Shown: positions 27,876 through 43,229 of the stretch, piece by piece
How the letters are laid out: each line of letters starts with the position of its first letter
Numbering within the stretch: position 1 is the stretch's first letter
Source of the DNA: Octopus vulgaris
Lineage: Eukaryota
Assembly (NCBI GenBank): GCA_951406725.2
Contig: OX597819.1
Span: forward strand, 110,980,001 to 111,044,000
Reading direction: 5' to 3'
Length of the DNA: 64,000 nt
The notes under the pieces: generated by a model
What the model was told of the DNA's origin: nothing
Databases searched by the model: none
What the model saw: the letters and a program-made list of their open reading frames with translations, nothing else
Made by a program: the position numbers and the translations under genes

Positions 27876-28260
27876 TTGTTATGTAATGAATATCCTATGA
27901 ATGTATAGTGAGGTGCGTGGCTTAGAGTTTAGCGTGTAGCACTCCTGACTGAAAGGTTGTGTGAGTGTATATATATATATACCCTCACATAAACAATAGG
28001 ATCAAAGATAGTACCCGAAGCGTAGACCCATAAGTCCTGTTTTCTGGATTTTGTGGTTTATGCATACCACGATACTGGGAAGGACGCTGGTCTCTTGCAA
28101 GATTACTAAATATTTACCAGCTGAGTAGAGCGGAGAAACGCATCACCCTGTCTACAATCGAAACCACAGCCTTTCAATCAGGAATGCTACACAATAATCT
28201 CTAAGCCACGCACCTCCATTATACATTCATACATGCATATATTCATACTTACATACATGC

Positions 28261-28291
<31 letters not shown>

Positions 28292-29039
28292 CATACATAC
28301 ATACATACATACATACATACATACATACATACATACATACATACATACGTAAAATTATATAAGGATATTATTGTTAATAATTTACAATAATATCCGTGGC
28401 TAGCACACGCGAAAGAACAATAAAACCATTTATTAATTAATTAATAATGAAGGGTACTACTTGTAGCATGCTAAAAATAGCTGTCAAAACGACTCAAGTC
28501 AAAACTGTGGTTTTGAGTCGTTTTGACTGCTATTTTTAGCATGCTGGTGATACAAGTAGTAGCCTATTAATACATACATACATACATACATACATACATA
28601 CATACATACACAACCCGAAATCCTTAAAGACTTACATCAAGTGGATGTAGGTGTCTCCAAATCGGAAACAGGAAACGCAGATGAGAGCAGCAACATCTCC
28701 TTAAGAAATTTCCAAGGCTGTGCCCCAGCATGGCCACAGTCTAATTACTGAAACAAATAAAAGATTATATCTTTACTGCCAACACAACTTTGCTGCACCA
28801 AATGCCATCAGAGGAGTTCTCATGTAGCGAAAGTATAGCAAAGGTAACGGCAGTGCCCCAGCATGGCCCCAGTTCTCGAGCTGAAGCTGAAAAAGAATAT
28901 ATATATTTGTGTGTGTGTGTGTGTGTGTGTGGATGTAGGTGTGTGTGTGTATTCCTATATATTCTCCCAGCCATATGGTTCCGGATTCAGTCTCACCGTT
29001 TGACACCTTGGGCAAGTATATATATTTGTATATATGTAC

Positions 29040-29165
29040 GTGACCACCACCACCACCGTGACCGACCAGGCTATCAGATGTTGTTACACATCGCTGGTCA
29101 CACTGCGCTTCGCATTGTTTTAGTCTTGAAATGACGCCACCCTGCTGGCTAAGCGAGCAGGCCAA
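29040..29165 (-). mobile_element. SINE tail E fragment
   Basis: Reverse complement of 43670-43790. Confidence 0.75.
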
Positions 29166-29186
29166 TATATGTATATATATGTATGC

Positions 29187-29239
<53 letters not shown>

Positions 29240-29329
29240 TGTATGTATGTATGTATGTATGTATGTATGTATGTATGTATGTATGTATATGTGTATGTAT
29301 GTATGTATGTATGTATGTATGTGTGTGTG

Positions 29330-29587
29330 TCTTTCTGTCTGTGTACGTGCGTGTGTGTCTTTGTGTCTGTATTTGTCCCCACCCCCATCACCGCTTGACA
29401 ACTGGTGTTGGTGTGTTTACGTCCCCGTAACCTAGCGGTTTAGCAAAACAACGGACAGAATGGGTACTAAGCTTAAAAAGTAAGTCCTGGGGTCGATTTG
29501 TTCGGCTAAAACTCTTCAAGGCGGTGCTCCAGCGTGGCCGCAGTGAAACGGACTGAAACGATTAAAAGCGTAAAAGAATCAAAGAAT
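29330..29587 (+). mobile_element. SINE family B, 3' half
   Basis: CCGCTTGACAACTGGTGTTGGTGTGTTTACGTCCCCGTAAC...GGCGGTGCTCCAGC. Confidence 0.8.
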
Positions 29588-29668
29588 ATAATATATATAT
29601 ATGTGTATATATATAAACAAACACACACACATATATATGTAAACTTACATATATATTGTAGAGACATG

Positions 29669-29673
<5 letters not shown>

Positions 29674-29735
<62 letters not shown>

Positions 29736-29892
29736 TTGTGTGAGTGAGTGTGTGTGTGTGTTTGTGAGTGTGTGTGTGTGTGAGTGTGTGTGTGTGTATG
29801 TGTGTGTATGTGTTGTGTGTGTGTGTGTGTGTGAGTGTGTATGTGTGTGTGAGTGTGTGTGTGTCTGTGTGTGTGTTCGTGCGCGTGCGTGT

Positions 29893-29932
<40 letters not shown>

Positions 29933-30011
29933 GTGTGTGTGAGTGTGTGTGTGTGTGTGTGTGTTGTGTGAGTGTGTATGTGTGTGTATGTGTTTGTGTG
30001 TGTGTGTGTGT

Positions 30012-30066
<55 letters not shown>

Positions 30067-30077
30067 TGTGTATGTGT

Positions 30078-30116
<39 letters not shown>

Positions 30117-30183
30117 TGTGTATGTGTGTGTGAGTGTGTGGTTGTGTGAGTGAGTGTGAGTGTGTGTGTTTGTGAGTGTGTGT

Positions 30184-30225
<42 letters not shown>
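29674..30225. repeat. Long interrupted (TG)n
   Basis: About 550 bp of TG with GA/TA interruptions. Confidence 0.95.
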
Positions 30226-30228
<3 letters not shown>

Positions 30229-30769
30229 TGTGGCAATGTCGGTGTGAATATATTTGCTATCGACGCGAGATGAATCCGCTGCCAATAGTTTATGTTGTCA
30301 GTCATTTCCGATCGGCCACACCCACCAATAGAAAAACCCGATGTTACTACTGCAGTTTGTTGTCGATGTGGAATGACGATCATAATGTTGTTGCTGTTGC
30401 TGTTACTGTCGTTGATGTGTTTATCATTGCTGTTATTGATGTTGCTCTCGTCTGCTATATACTAATATGAGCGAGACCGGAGTGGTGGTGGTGGGGGACG
30501 ACGACTCTTTCTATTTTTCCTCTATTTGATAACACTGAGCTGTTATATACTTAGATATATATATACATATATACACCGGCAGCTGAAAACAGCCACAAAT
30601 ATATATCAATTATTAATGATTTTTACGCTCGCTTTGGTTTCAACATTCATGCAGACTCTTGTTAAACTGTGTGAGTTCAGCCTCTAGTACATCTGCAAGG
30701 AACTCTCTCAAGAACGAACCTCAGAACACAACGAGCATTTTCGACTCATGTATTTCCTTAAACTGTCTC

Positions 30770-30819
<50 letters not shown>

Positions 30820-31162
30820 CTACATATATATATATAGCTACATATATATATATAGCTACATATATATATAGCTACATATATATATAGCTACATATATATA
30901 TATACATAGCTACACATATTTATGCGTGTGTATATCGTACAGTCTGTTGTTATGCGGAAATATCACTTAGCTTAAGGGGATAAACTAAAGCGATTAAACT
31001 CATCCAGTTTGAGGTTAAGCATCGTTAATAATGATAATAATAAATAATAAATAATAAATAATAAATAATAATAATAATACATAAATAAAAAAAATTCAAC
31101 GTGTAGTTTGTAGGGAGGCATAAAAATGCAACACACTCACACATACACACACATGTATGTAT

Positions 31163-31195
<33 letters not shown>

Positions 31196-31440
31196 CACAT
31201 ACATACATCCATACATACATACATACATACATACATACATACATACATACATACATACATACATACATACATACATGTGTGTGTGTGTGTGAGAGTGTAT
31301 ATATATATATATAATAACATTAATATATAAACATATGCATATATACATACATATATGTATATACCAACATTTATATGTATATATAGATGCATATATCGGT
31401 ACATATATATATATATATATATAGATAGATAGATAAATAA

Positions 31441-31525
<85 letters not shown>

Positions 31526-31606
31526 CAGGTAGATAGATATATGCATATATATAATATATATATATATATACACACATATATATGCATACATGTATACATA
31601 CATACA

Positions 31607-31670
<64 letters not shown>

Positions 31671-32251
31671 GTCTCATTCACACGCATGCATATGTGTGTG
31701 TTTGTGTATGTGTGTTTGTTTGTGTGTGAGTGTGTGCGTACGTGTTAATGTAGTTATGTATGTAGCATGAATGCCTGGGTGTATTATTTCGTTTCAGATT
31801 TACCAGAATCGCATGTACCACCCCGAAGCTGGAGCACTGTTTGTTTTTCTCCATGTTGATCATGTCAACTCTGCTACATTTCCCCCCGTTCGGTATATAT
31901 TTTGAAGGTCTATAAATTGTCTATTGATTAAATTATTATTTTGCCACAACATCAGTTTTCATATAAATGGCAGAACTGTGGAATATACACAAGAGCATAG
32001 ACACAAACATGAACTAAGGCGCGCAGAGGTAGACACAAGCAAAACGCTCATATCCAAGTATGCTTCTATTCCTGTATTTATATGGGTATGTATATATCTG
32101 CGTATGTATGCATATATATGAGCAATAATAAATTTCTGAACGAGGTATATTTGCTATATATATAGCCAGCTGGAGGAGATGTTCTCCTGGGGCTACAGGC
32201 TACAGTAACACCCACCCTTAGTGGTTAGCCATATTGAGATGGCAAATATAC

Positions 32252-32328
<77 letters not shown>

Positions 32329-32346
32329 ATATGTATATACATATAT

Positions 32347-32428
32347 ACCGGAGTAAGCACATGAATGTGAAACAAGGTGGAAAAAAGAGTACTCAAATAC
32401 CAGAGGTAGAGTAATATGCTTTATTTAC
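32347..32428 (-). mobile_element. H2 family 3' fragment
   Basis: TACCGGAGTAAGCACATGAATGTGAAACAAGGTGG... matches 6380 and 7226. Confidence 0.8.
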
Positions 32429-32496
32429 AAGTATATATATTCATGTACTCACATATGTATATGTTTACATTACACACCTATATATATGTTGTAATG

Positions 32497-32557
<61 letters not shown>

Positions 32558-32632
32558 ATGTGTGTATGTGTGTGTGTGTGTGTGTGTATATGCGTGTGTA
32601 TATATATACCTATATATATATATGTATGTGTG

Positions 32633-32670
<38 letters not shown>

Positions 32671-32972
32671 TGTATGTATAATATGCTTATACGCTATATA
32701 TTATATATATACGAACTATGTGCGCGCGCGTGTGTGTATGTGTGTGTCTTTGTGTCTGTGTTTGTCCCTCATCACCGCTTGACGAATAGTGTTGGTGTAT
32801 TTGATTCACCTTAACGTAGCGGTTCGACAAAATCCTCCGATAAAATAAGAACCATGCTTTAAAAAGAAAAACGTTCTAGGCTTGAATTGTTCGTGTAAAA
32901 CTCTTTAAGGCGGTGCCACAGCATGGCCGCAGCCAAAAGACTGGAACAAATAATAAGCGACAGAATAAATAA

Positions 32973-33049
<77 letters not shown>

Positions 33050-33052
<3 letters not shown>

Positions 33053-33330
33053 TAATCCGTCGGTTACGACGACGAGGGTTCCAGTTGATCCGATCAACGG
33101 AACAATGTGCTAGGGAAATTAACGTGTGCCATTATAACGTTTTTATCATGGAGATTCAGCATGACACAGAGTGTGACGAGGCTGGACCTTTGAAATACAG
33201 GCACTACCCATCTTTGCCGGCTGAGTGGACTGGAGCAACGTGAAATAAAGTGTCTTGCTGAAGGACACAACGCGTCACCGGGAATTGAACTCACGACCAC
33301 ATATCCCAACATCTAAACCACGCGCCTTCA
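33050..33330 (-). mobile_element. SINE (head D, tail D)
   Basis: GAAGGCGCGTGGTTTAG...GAGTTCAATTCCCGGTGACGCGTTGTGTCC on the minus strand. Confidence 0.8.
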
Positions 33331-33355
33331 CCTAAATATATATATACATATATAA

Positions 33356-33595
33356 GTCGGCGAGCTGGCAGCATCGTTAGCACGTCGGGCGAAATGCATA
33401 GCCGTATTTCGTCTGAGGTTACGTTCTGAGTTCAGATTCCGCCGAGGTCGACTTTGTCTTTCATCCTTTCGTGGTCGATAAATTAAGTACTAGTTACGCA
33501 CTGGGTTCGATGTAATTGACTTAATCCCTTTGTCTGCCCTTCTTTGTCTCCTCTGTGTTTAGCTCCTTGTGGGTAGTAAAGAAATATATATACAT

Positions 33596-33684
<89 letters not shown>

Positions 33685-34065
33685 CTTAGCCTTAACTTTC
33701 TAAGTTTAAATTCTGCCGAGGTCGACTTTGTCTTCTATCATCGCGAGTTCGATACAATAAGAACCTGTTGAGTCCTCGGGTCGAGGTAATCGATTTATAA
33801 TCCTCCCCTGAAATTACTGGCCTTGTGCCAAAATTTGAAATAATTATCATTATTATTAAGGCAGCGAGCTGACAGAATCGTGAACAAACCGGGCGAAATG
33901 CTTATCAGCGTTTCGTTTGTCGTTACTTTCTGAGTTCAAACTCCACCGAGGTCGACTTTGCCTTTCATGCTTTCGGGATGGATAAAATGATTTCCAGCTG
34001 AGTACTTGGGTCGATGTAATCGACTTAGCCTCTCCCACGTAATTGCTGGCCTATGCCAAAATCTG
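33356..34065 (+). mobile_element. Cluster of three SINE-A copies (33356-33586, about 33690-33840, 33859-34065)
   Basis: A head and central domain repeated. Confidence 0.82.
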
Positions 34066-35008
34066 ATGTCAATATCAAGATCGATCGAGATTTGGTTAAA
34101 ATCAGTACGTGCAAAAAGGTATCAGCGCTCTACGTACGCTCAGACAGCTCTGGATAATGAAAGCTCCGTGACGGTAAAGTTTATTTCTGGACAGGGGTTT
34201 CTAGAAGTGAACTATATCCTCTGGGATGGAAGTTTTACAGAACAGACCAACCAGCTGAATCTTGTTGATAACCGGATTAGTGACGTACATTGGCTCGTAC
34301 AAAGCCAAATTATATCTTCAAAGATAAATACATATTTCTATCTATTTTTTTACCTTAAAAATTAACTATTTAACATAATAAATGTGTTGTAGGAAATAAT
34401 CCTGTTTTGAGTTTCTAATTTAGTTAAGGGAGTTTTTTCTATATGAAAAATTATTATTTTATTGGTTGTATACTGTCAAGTTAACGTGACAGTAGGGGAT
34501 TACACCACTGTCACGTTAAATTGACAGTATATAACCATTCTATCACCCCACCACCGTACATATCTCTATGAGACATTTAGAAATTTAATATTATTATTTT
34601 ATTTATTTCTTAAATAAATATTGTTTAACTCTATTTGCTTATTTATTTAACTATTATCATTAACCTGAAGATTGACTATAATTTTAAATCGAATTTATTT
34701 CATTTGAATTTAAACTTAATTGTAATTCGAATTTAATTGTAGCCATGAAACGTACATAGTGTTTTTACTTATTACATTATATATTGATCAGTAATTTTAT
34801 ACTTTTTGAGATCTAGTTATAAGTTATATGTTTTATAAAATTATATATTATTTCTTATTTACGTATTGGTTTATGTCTATCACTGTTTGAGTTGCAAAAT
34901 AGTGGTTTTATCTCTAATTCATATTTTATATATTTTATATATTTATACTGTGAAATTTGATTTAATACTAAATCGAATTTTCCCCTGTAAGTTTGTAGTT
35001 ATACTCCC

Positions 35009-35415
<407 letters not shown>

Positions 35416-35543
35416 CGTGTATGCTTTATGTATATTTATTACCATACATGTATTTTTATGAGTTTAGAAACAAATCTTGATGTATTTCGTACATTCATAT
35501 AAACATATAGACATATACGTTCAGACAGAAGAGAGAGAGAGAC

Positions 35544-35585
<42 letters not shown>

Positions 35586-35940
35586 GAGAGAGAGTACTTG
35601 TGTGTGAGGGCAAATATATATATCGTTTATATTTGCTCGATTGCTTGTTTGTTTGTTTTTGTTCATGCGCGAAAATATTAAAACATATAAATATCAAAGA
35701 ATCTTTATGAAATTTTGCAGTCCGGAATGTGATAGCTCAATGAGATGAGTCTTTTCAGACAATTTGGTGAATATCTATCCTTTTAATTTTGGTTTATAGA
35801 GGTGATAAATATTTAGAATTGCCGTTAAATACAGATTCATCCTCAAACGCATATACGACCAGAGTCGGAGAGATTGAGAGAAAGGAGCACTGTAAAACAT
35901 GTACGCACATACAAATACACACCAGTACATAAGAGTATAT

Positions 35941-36028
<88 letters not shown>

Positions 36029-36072
36029 CCTTGGCATCATGTTTTATTTGATCAATTCTATATATATATATC

Positions 36073-36136
<64 letters not shown>

Positions 36137-36705
36137 CATATATATTTATAGGTAGTCATTTATTCATATGCTTTAACACAATTTACGCATATAAGTGTAT
36201 TTCAGTGTTGTGTAGTATACAATATACATTTCAATACATACATACATATATACATACATACATGCATACATACATACATACATACATGCATACATACATA
36301 CATACATACATACATACATACATACATACATACATACAAAAATACCCTGTTGTTTATATTGAAATTCCAATGGAGGAAGCTTCGATCTAGGTTAGAAACG
36401 TGTTATTTCTCTTTGGGCAAGAAATCTTGAAATAAACGGAATAGTGACATACATACACACGTATATGTTTGTGTGGACTTTAAACGCGCCGAAACTATGC
36501 TTGAGTCTCGTCTCCATAGCTGATGAGAGGTAGTTCATGTTTACTTGTCTTTTATTCTTTTCCGCTTGTGTATGTTACATGGACATACACAAGTGCACAT
36601 TGAGAGTTACCCACCCACAATCATACACATATATATCTATATATACATATATTTATTTTATCTGTATGGATATGCACGTATGTATAAATAAATAAATACA
36701 CACAC

Positions 36706-36756
<51 letters not shown>

Positions 36757-37067
36757 CATATACACGCACACATATATATGCAAACGGCGTGTATATATCA
36801 TACATACACATTCACACACACACGCATATATATATATATTGGTGAAATCGACATAAAATGTATGTATTCCAGCTTTTGTTTTCACAGCATGAAACTAATA
36901 TCAGCTTGTATTTATACATACATACATACATACATACATACATACATACATGCATACATACATACATACATACATACATACATACATACATGCATACACA
37001 CACACACATACATACATACATACATACATACATACATACATACATACATACATACATACTTACGTAG

Positions 37068-37107
<40 letters not shown>

Positions 37108-37469
37108 TATATATATATTGTATTACGTATGTATACCATTAGTTATACTAAGTCATTGAACTCTCCACACTTCCAATCGATCACATGTCCAATCGATCTG
37201 CTAGAAATTGCCACCAAATCCCTTTCAAATTATAGCCCTATGACCAAAACTAAGTGAGTGACACATTGAATGATATATTTTTACACAGCCCTGAAAGATG
37301 CGGGTAGACTATACCTGAAAATTTTATCTGCTATTTCGGGTTAGGGGAAAAATGTTATTACACCGAAAGATGTTCGCTATTGTTGTTCTTGGCTTAAGTG
37401 GCGACATTGGTAGTATTGGTGATGGTGATATGGTGATAATGATCGTAATGGTGATGGAATGGGAGGATA

Positions 37470-38100
37470 ATGGGCTAGGGGAAGAGGTGGAGGGGAGAAG
37501 GAGGAGGAGAAGAAGCAGGAGGAAGGGTGAGGAAGCGGAAGAGGAGGCGGAGAGTAGGAGAAGAAGGAAGAGGAGGAGGCCGAAGCAGAGAGTAGGAGGA
37601 GAACGAAGAGGAGGAAGAGTAACTGGAGGAAGAGGAAGCGGAGGGTAGGAGGAGGAGGAAGAGGAAGTGGAGGAAGAGGAAGAGGAGGGAAGGAGGGGGA
37701 GGAGGTGGAGGAGGCCGAAGCAGAGGGTAGGAGGAGAACGAAGGGAAGGAAGTGGAAGTGGAGAAAGAGGACGCGGAGGGTAGGAGAGGGAGGAAGAGGA
37801 GGAAGTGGAAGTGGAGGAAGAGGAAGCGGAGGGGAGGAGGGGAGGAAGAGGAGCAAGGGAAGGGGAGAAAGAGAAAGAGGATGAAGAGAAGGGGAGAAAG
37901 AGGAAGAGGAGAATGAGGAAGTGGAGGGAGAGGAAGTTGAGGAAGAGAAAGAGGAGGAAGAAGAGGAAGAGGAGGAGAAGGAGGAGAGGAAGAGGAAAAG
38001 AAGGAAGAGAAGGAAGAGGAGGAAAGAAGGAAGAAGAGCAGGTTAAACGAGGAAGATGAGGAAAGAAACAGGATGAGGAAGAAAAACGAGGAGGAGGAGT
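37470..38100. repeat. Polypurine (GGA/GAA) low-complexity tract with internal duplication
   Basis: About 630 bp almost purely A/G; GAGGCCGAAGCAGAG(A/G)GTAGGAGGAGAACGAAG repeated. Confidence 0.9.
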
Positions 38101-38582
38101 AATACTTGCTTAGGGTTTACTGCCATGCCTCGCAATTTTGAGGAGATACCACCGACTTCAGTTCTCGAATGGTACCCTGTTCCTATCGATCCTGGTGAGA
38201 TGCAAGACAAAGTTGATCTGGACGGGGCTTTGAATTAAGCTCATAAACAAGTGGAACAAGTACTTCAAAGTCTTTTCTCCCGGTGCTCTTAACGATTCCC
38301 CCCCCCCAAGGACACTGGAAAAAAATATGCCCTCCATCCGAGTCATCTTCTCGATTCTCTTAGTTACATTTCAACAAAATTGCTTCAAGGCAGCATCTCC
38401 TTCATCTCTCCCTCCTCACTAGGTGAAGCTTGAAAATGTCGATGAGATTTTAGCCACAGAAGAAAACATCTGAATGTGTCTGTCTTCTGCTCTTTTGTAG
38501 AATCCACTAGACAACCTCTTCCGCCATAGCCACCGGACAAAAATAATCGCCAACCCTTCTCGGAGCAGTTTTCATGATATTT

Positions 38583-38806
38583 GTTTCTTTATTACCCACA
38601 AGGCTAAACATAGAGGGGACAAACAAGGACAGACAAACGGATTAAGTCGATTACATCGACCTCAGTGCGTAACTGGTACTTTATTTATCGACCCCGAAAG
38701 GATGAAAGGCAATGTCGACCTCGGCGGAATTTGAACTCAGAACGTAGCAACGGGCGAAATACCACGAAGCACTTCGCCCGGTGTGCTAACATCTCTGCCA
38801 GCTCGC
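38583..38806 (-). mobile_element. SINE family A with TSD
   Basis: Flanked by TTTTCA(T/C)GATATTT at about 38568 and 38808. Confidence 0.88.
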
Positions 38807-39094
38807 AATTTTCACGATATTTTTAACCGACAACTGGATCTGTCTCTCATGCAACAATAGCTGTTTGACAAAAACTCGACAAATCAGAAGTGTCCCGACT
38901 TAAAATCAGTACGTGAAGTAATGTATCATCGCTCTACGTACGCTCAGACAGCTCTGGATAATGGAAGTTCCGTGACTGCAAAGTTTATTTCTGGACAGGG
39001 GTTTCTAGAAGTGAACTATATCCTCTAGGATGGAAGTTTTACAGAGCAGACCAACCAGCTGAATCTCGTTGATAACCGGACTAGTGGCTCGTAA

Positions 39095-39818
39095 TTATTA
39101 TGTCCCTAGCATATGTCCTGCTTCATTAATTTTCGTATTTTCCAGTGGTGTTATCTGTCTATTATTTTAACTTCATCACGCAGGGGACGGCATGTCACCT
39201 TTGTATAACTTACCACAGCTGTATGGGATGGAGTACACGTAGTGTTTGGTCATATTCTCTTCCATTGGTGGTTTTACTCGAAGGAGATATTTGCGAAGTG
39301 TCGTATTACTCTTGAATACTGTCCTGATGTCATATGGGTCGCATATCTTTTGTATCTTTTGGAAGAGGCCGTTCACATAGGGTTTCATCCTCTCTTTTCT
39401 TCATAATTGGAGTAGATAGTGTTTTTGGAGTAGTTGTTGCTTAATAGATTATTACTGAGCTTGAGTATTTCTTCGTGGTAGGTATGACGATCGCTACTTA
39501 TATTCTTTGCTCGATGTTTTAGGCACTGAGCAATCCCTCACTTTACACTGTATGGATTGTGGGAATTGAAGATGAGGTATCGTGCTGTGAAGGTTGGCTT
39601 GCGGTATACGGATGTCATGGATCCATACGTGGTGCGTGTTGTTAATACGTCCAGGAATGCTAACTGATTGTCTTTTTCCTTTTCCATTGTGAATTGTATG
39701 GATGGCTTTATTGAGTTCACATGATCTAACAGTACTTGGACATCATTCTGGTAGGGCCAGAGTCTAAATGTGTCATCAACATATCGCAGCCATAGAATTG
39801 GTTTTAGTGGTGTTGATC
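39095..39818 (-). pseudogene. Penelope/Poseidon-type PLE, 5'-truncated: RT C-terminus plus GIY-YIG
   Basis: KPILWLRYVDDTFRLWP...HVNSIKPSIQFTMEKEKDNQLAFLDVL...SVYRKPTFTARYLIFNSHNP...PYVNGL...IRTVFK...YVYSIPYSCGKLYKG. Confidence 0.92.
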
Positions 39819-39856
39819 CTGATGAAGGCTGGAGGGTATATCACCCGAAACGTTTT
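39819..39856 (+). ncRNA. HHR core at the inversion junction of the PLE
   Basis: CTGATGA-A-GGCTG(10 nt)CACCC-GAAACGTT; the 5' strand of stem I is lost at the junction. Confidence 0.6.
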
Positions 39857-40215
39857 GTTAGCAACAAACAAGTTTAGGACAAATATCCATCGAATGTAAA
39901 TAAATGTCCCTATTCCCACCGCAGACGACACACCCACAGCATTAAAAACACGGCCCACAGCAAACCTTCACATTCCATGACTACCATTGGGATCGATCAG
40001 GTACCGGAGAAGGATTCTCGATTATTTTTCAGGTTTTTTTATTTATATATTTCTGAGAGCGGTGGGTTTCATTTTTAGTATTCTCGTTTGTGAGAGCATC
40101 CGAGTTTATTTTAGATATTCTCATTTAAAAAATCATCTCTGGCTAATCGTTGAGAGGATGTTGGTGTTGCCTTCGCTGAGGTTTACGCTTTCTGAGTAAT
40201 CTTGTTATTATTATT

Positions 40216-40797
40216 CCTTCGTAACACAGTATAGGTAAAAATGCACCGGAGCCTTTAGTCATCTGTCAAGTTACAACAAGGATTTCAGACAGATAATACT
40301 TTCCTTAAGATGGGCGCTGTCCCCAATAAAACTGTTTTTTGCAAGACATGGGTTTTCCAGTTGCCTTAAAAAGTTTTGAAGTTTCAATGGGATTGAGCCC
40401 AACACTCCGATCACCACTGGTATCACTTTTACATTACCCTCTCGCATTCCATACAGTCTTGCCATTTCCACTTTCAATTCGGAGTACTTGGTGATTTTTT
40501 TCAACCTCTTTACTCACAACATTCATGTCATTTGATATGGCTACATCAATGTTCTGACAGTATTTGTCCCTCTTGTTCAATATGACAATACCCGGCCGAC
40601 GGTGTTCGATTACACGATCCGTCTGAAAATCATAATCCCAGATTATCGTTACTTTTCCATCCACCTTCATAACTTTACTTGGTACAGGCTCGTTCCAGTT
40701 CTCTGTTACTTCATATTGGTATTTACGGCATAAGCGCCAATGAAGATACACACACAATTTGACGTGGCAGCATTTGGATTCTTTTTGTGCAGGGCTT
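40216..40797 (-). pseudogene. R4/Dong-type non-LTR retrotransposon 3' end (RLE endonuclease)
   Basis: YLHWRLCRKY...IIWDYDFQTDRVIEHRRPGIVILNKRDKYCQNIDVAI...KITKYSELKVEMARLYG...VIPVVIGVLGSIP; (TAA)n at both ends. Confidence 0.88.
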
Positions 40798-40812
40798 ATT
40801 ATTATTATTATT

Positions 40813-41340
40813 TTATGTTTGACTTTTGCTTTACATTTGTACAAGTTGGTTCCAAGTCTCATCCAGAAACCTCAAGAGACAACAAGTTAGAAGTTCATGT
40901 TGGTGTTATGCTAGGGTGCCATATATTTGGTTTTCTACATAGTGTTGTTCTAGAAAATGTTTAAGAAACCATAAGAAAGTTATGTGCTTGTTTTAAAATT
41001 TGATATTACATAGAAAGTATTTTGCGTAGGATATGGGCAGTTCCCATTAGTATTATCTTTTGAATTTCTGCCATTTTGGGGTTTCCTGGTATCTGAGCTA
41101 GGTATCAATCAGCCCCTATTACTATCATTCCCAGGGCGCCTATGATAACAGGTATTGTTTTAGTGTTCAGGTTCCACATTTTGCTAAGATTTTTATACTT
41201 GCTCGGTTTTTGGGAGGTTTTGACAGATGCGTTTATATCGATTGGGACAGTCATATCAATGAGGAGGCATGATTTTTGTCTGAAGTCTTTCAATATGATG
41301 TCTGGCCTATTTCCATCTGTCTTTCTGTCAGTTTGAAGGG
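40813..41340 (-). pseudogene. Second R4/Dong-type RLE 3' end (different family)
   Basis: QTDRKTDGNRPDIILKDFRQKSCLLIDMTVP...SKYK...KTIPVIIGALGMI...IQKIILMGTAHILRKILS*; (TAA)n at both ends. Confidence 0.88.
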
Positions 41341-41341
41341 T

Positions 41342-41343
<2 letters not shown>

Positions 41344-41400
<57 letters not shown>

Positions 41401-41403
41401 GTT

Positions 41404-41436
<33 letters not shown>

Positions 41437-41438
41437 AC

Positions 41439-41510
<72 letters not shown>
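41344..41510. repeat. (ATT)n/(GTT)n microsatellite
   Basis: Direct reading. Confidence 0.95.
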
Positions 41511-41699
41511 AAGCTAATACTTCTATAGAGAGACACGCGCGATATTGGAATCCACTAAAAAATTATGTATATCGAATCAATCAAGCGCATATATATTTAG
41601 AGTGTGTGAACGTAGGTGCGTACAGCCACACGTACGTGTATATATAAACTGTTCTAGATATAAATATATTGAGATACATATGTACTTATATATCCATAT

Positions 41700-42250
<551 letters not shown>

Positions 42251-42308
42251 ATATGTATATTTATGCATATGACTGTATATGAACATATTCACTCTCTCTC
42301 TCTCTCTC

Positions 42309-42355
<47 letters not shown>

Positions 42356-42393
42356 CTCTCTATCTTTATTTATCTATCAGTTTGTCTGACTCA

Positions 42394-42518
<125 letters not shown>

Positions 42519-42609
42519 CTCGATAGATAATAGATGGATACGTGTGATTGCATATCAAAATGCAGATGGTATAAATGGATACACACATTCACAGAGGCAC
42601 AGCCCCCCT

Positions 42610-42663
<54 letters not shown>

Positions 42664-42738
42664 CAGAGAGAGACAGAGAGATTTTTTAATACATGCTTAC
42701 ATATACATACATGCATACATACATGCACATAGGCGTGC

Positions 42739-42787
<49 letters not shown>

Positions 42788-43079
42788 TTCGCTCTGACAC
42801 GTGTAGACGCGCGCACACACAATGTATATTTATAGAATATATACAAGAATTCATAAATACACACACCAGTATGTATATAAATGAATTGACACAATCTATT
42901 TGCTTCGAAGTTATAAGACACATTTGATAATTTAGTCCTAGATACACAAGGAGAAGCTGGAACTGCCATCACTGAGATGCAAACAGTCACAGGATTCTTG
43001 AATGGACCGAGGGCTAAAAGGTGTTCACAGATAAGACATCAATTGGCTGTTACATAGATTCTGACAGCCTTACAAATTC

Positions 43080-43218
<139 letters not shown>

Positions 43219-43229
43219 TGTGTGTGTGT

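Noticed and set aside
37352-38059. Arg/Glu/Gly-rich ORFs
   Set aside because: Product of a polypurine GGA/GAA tract
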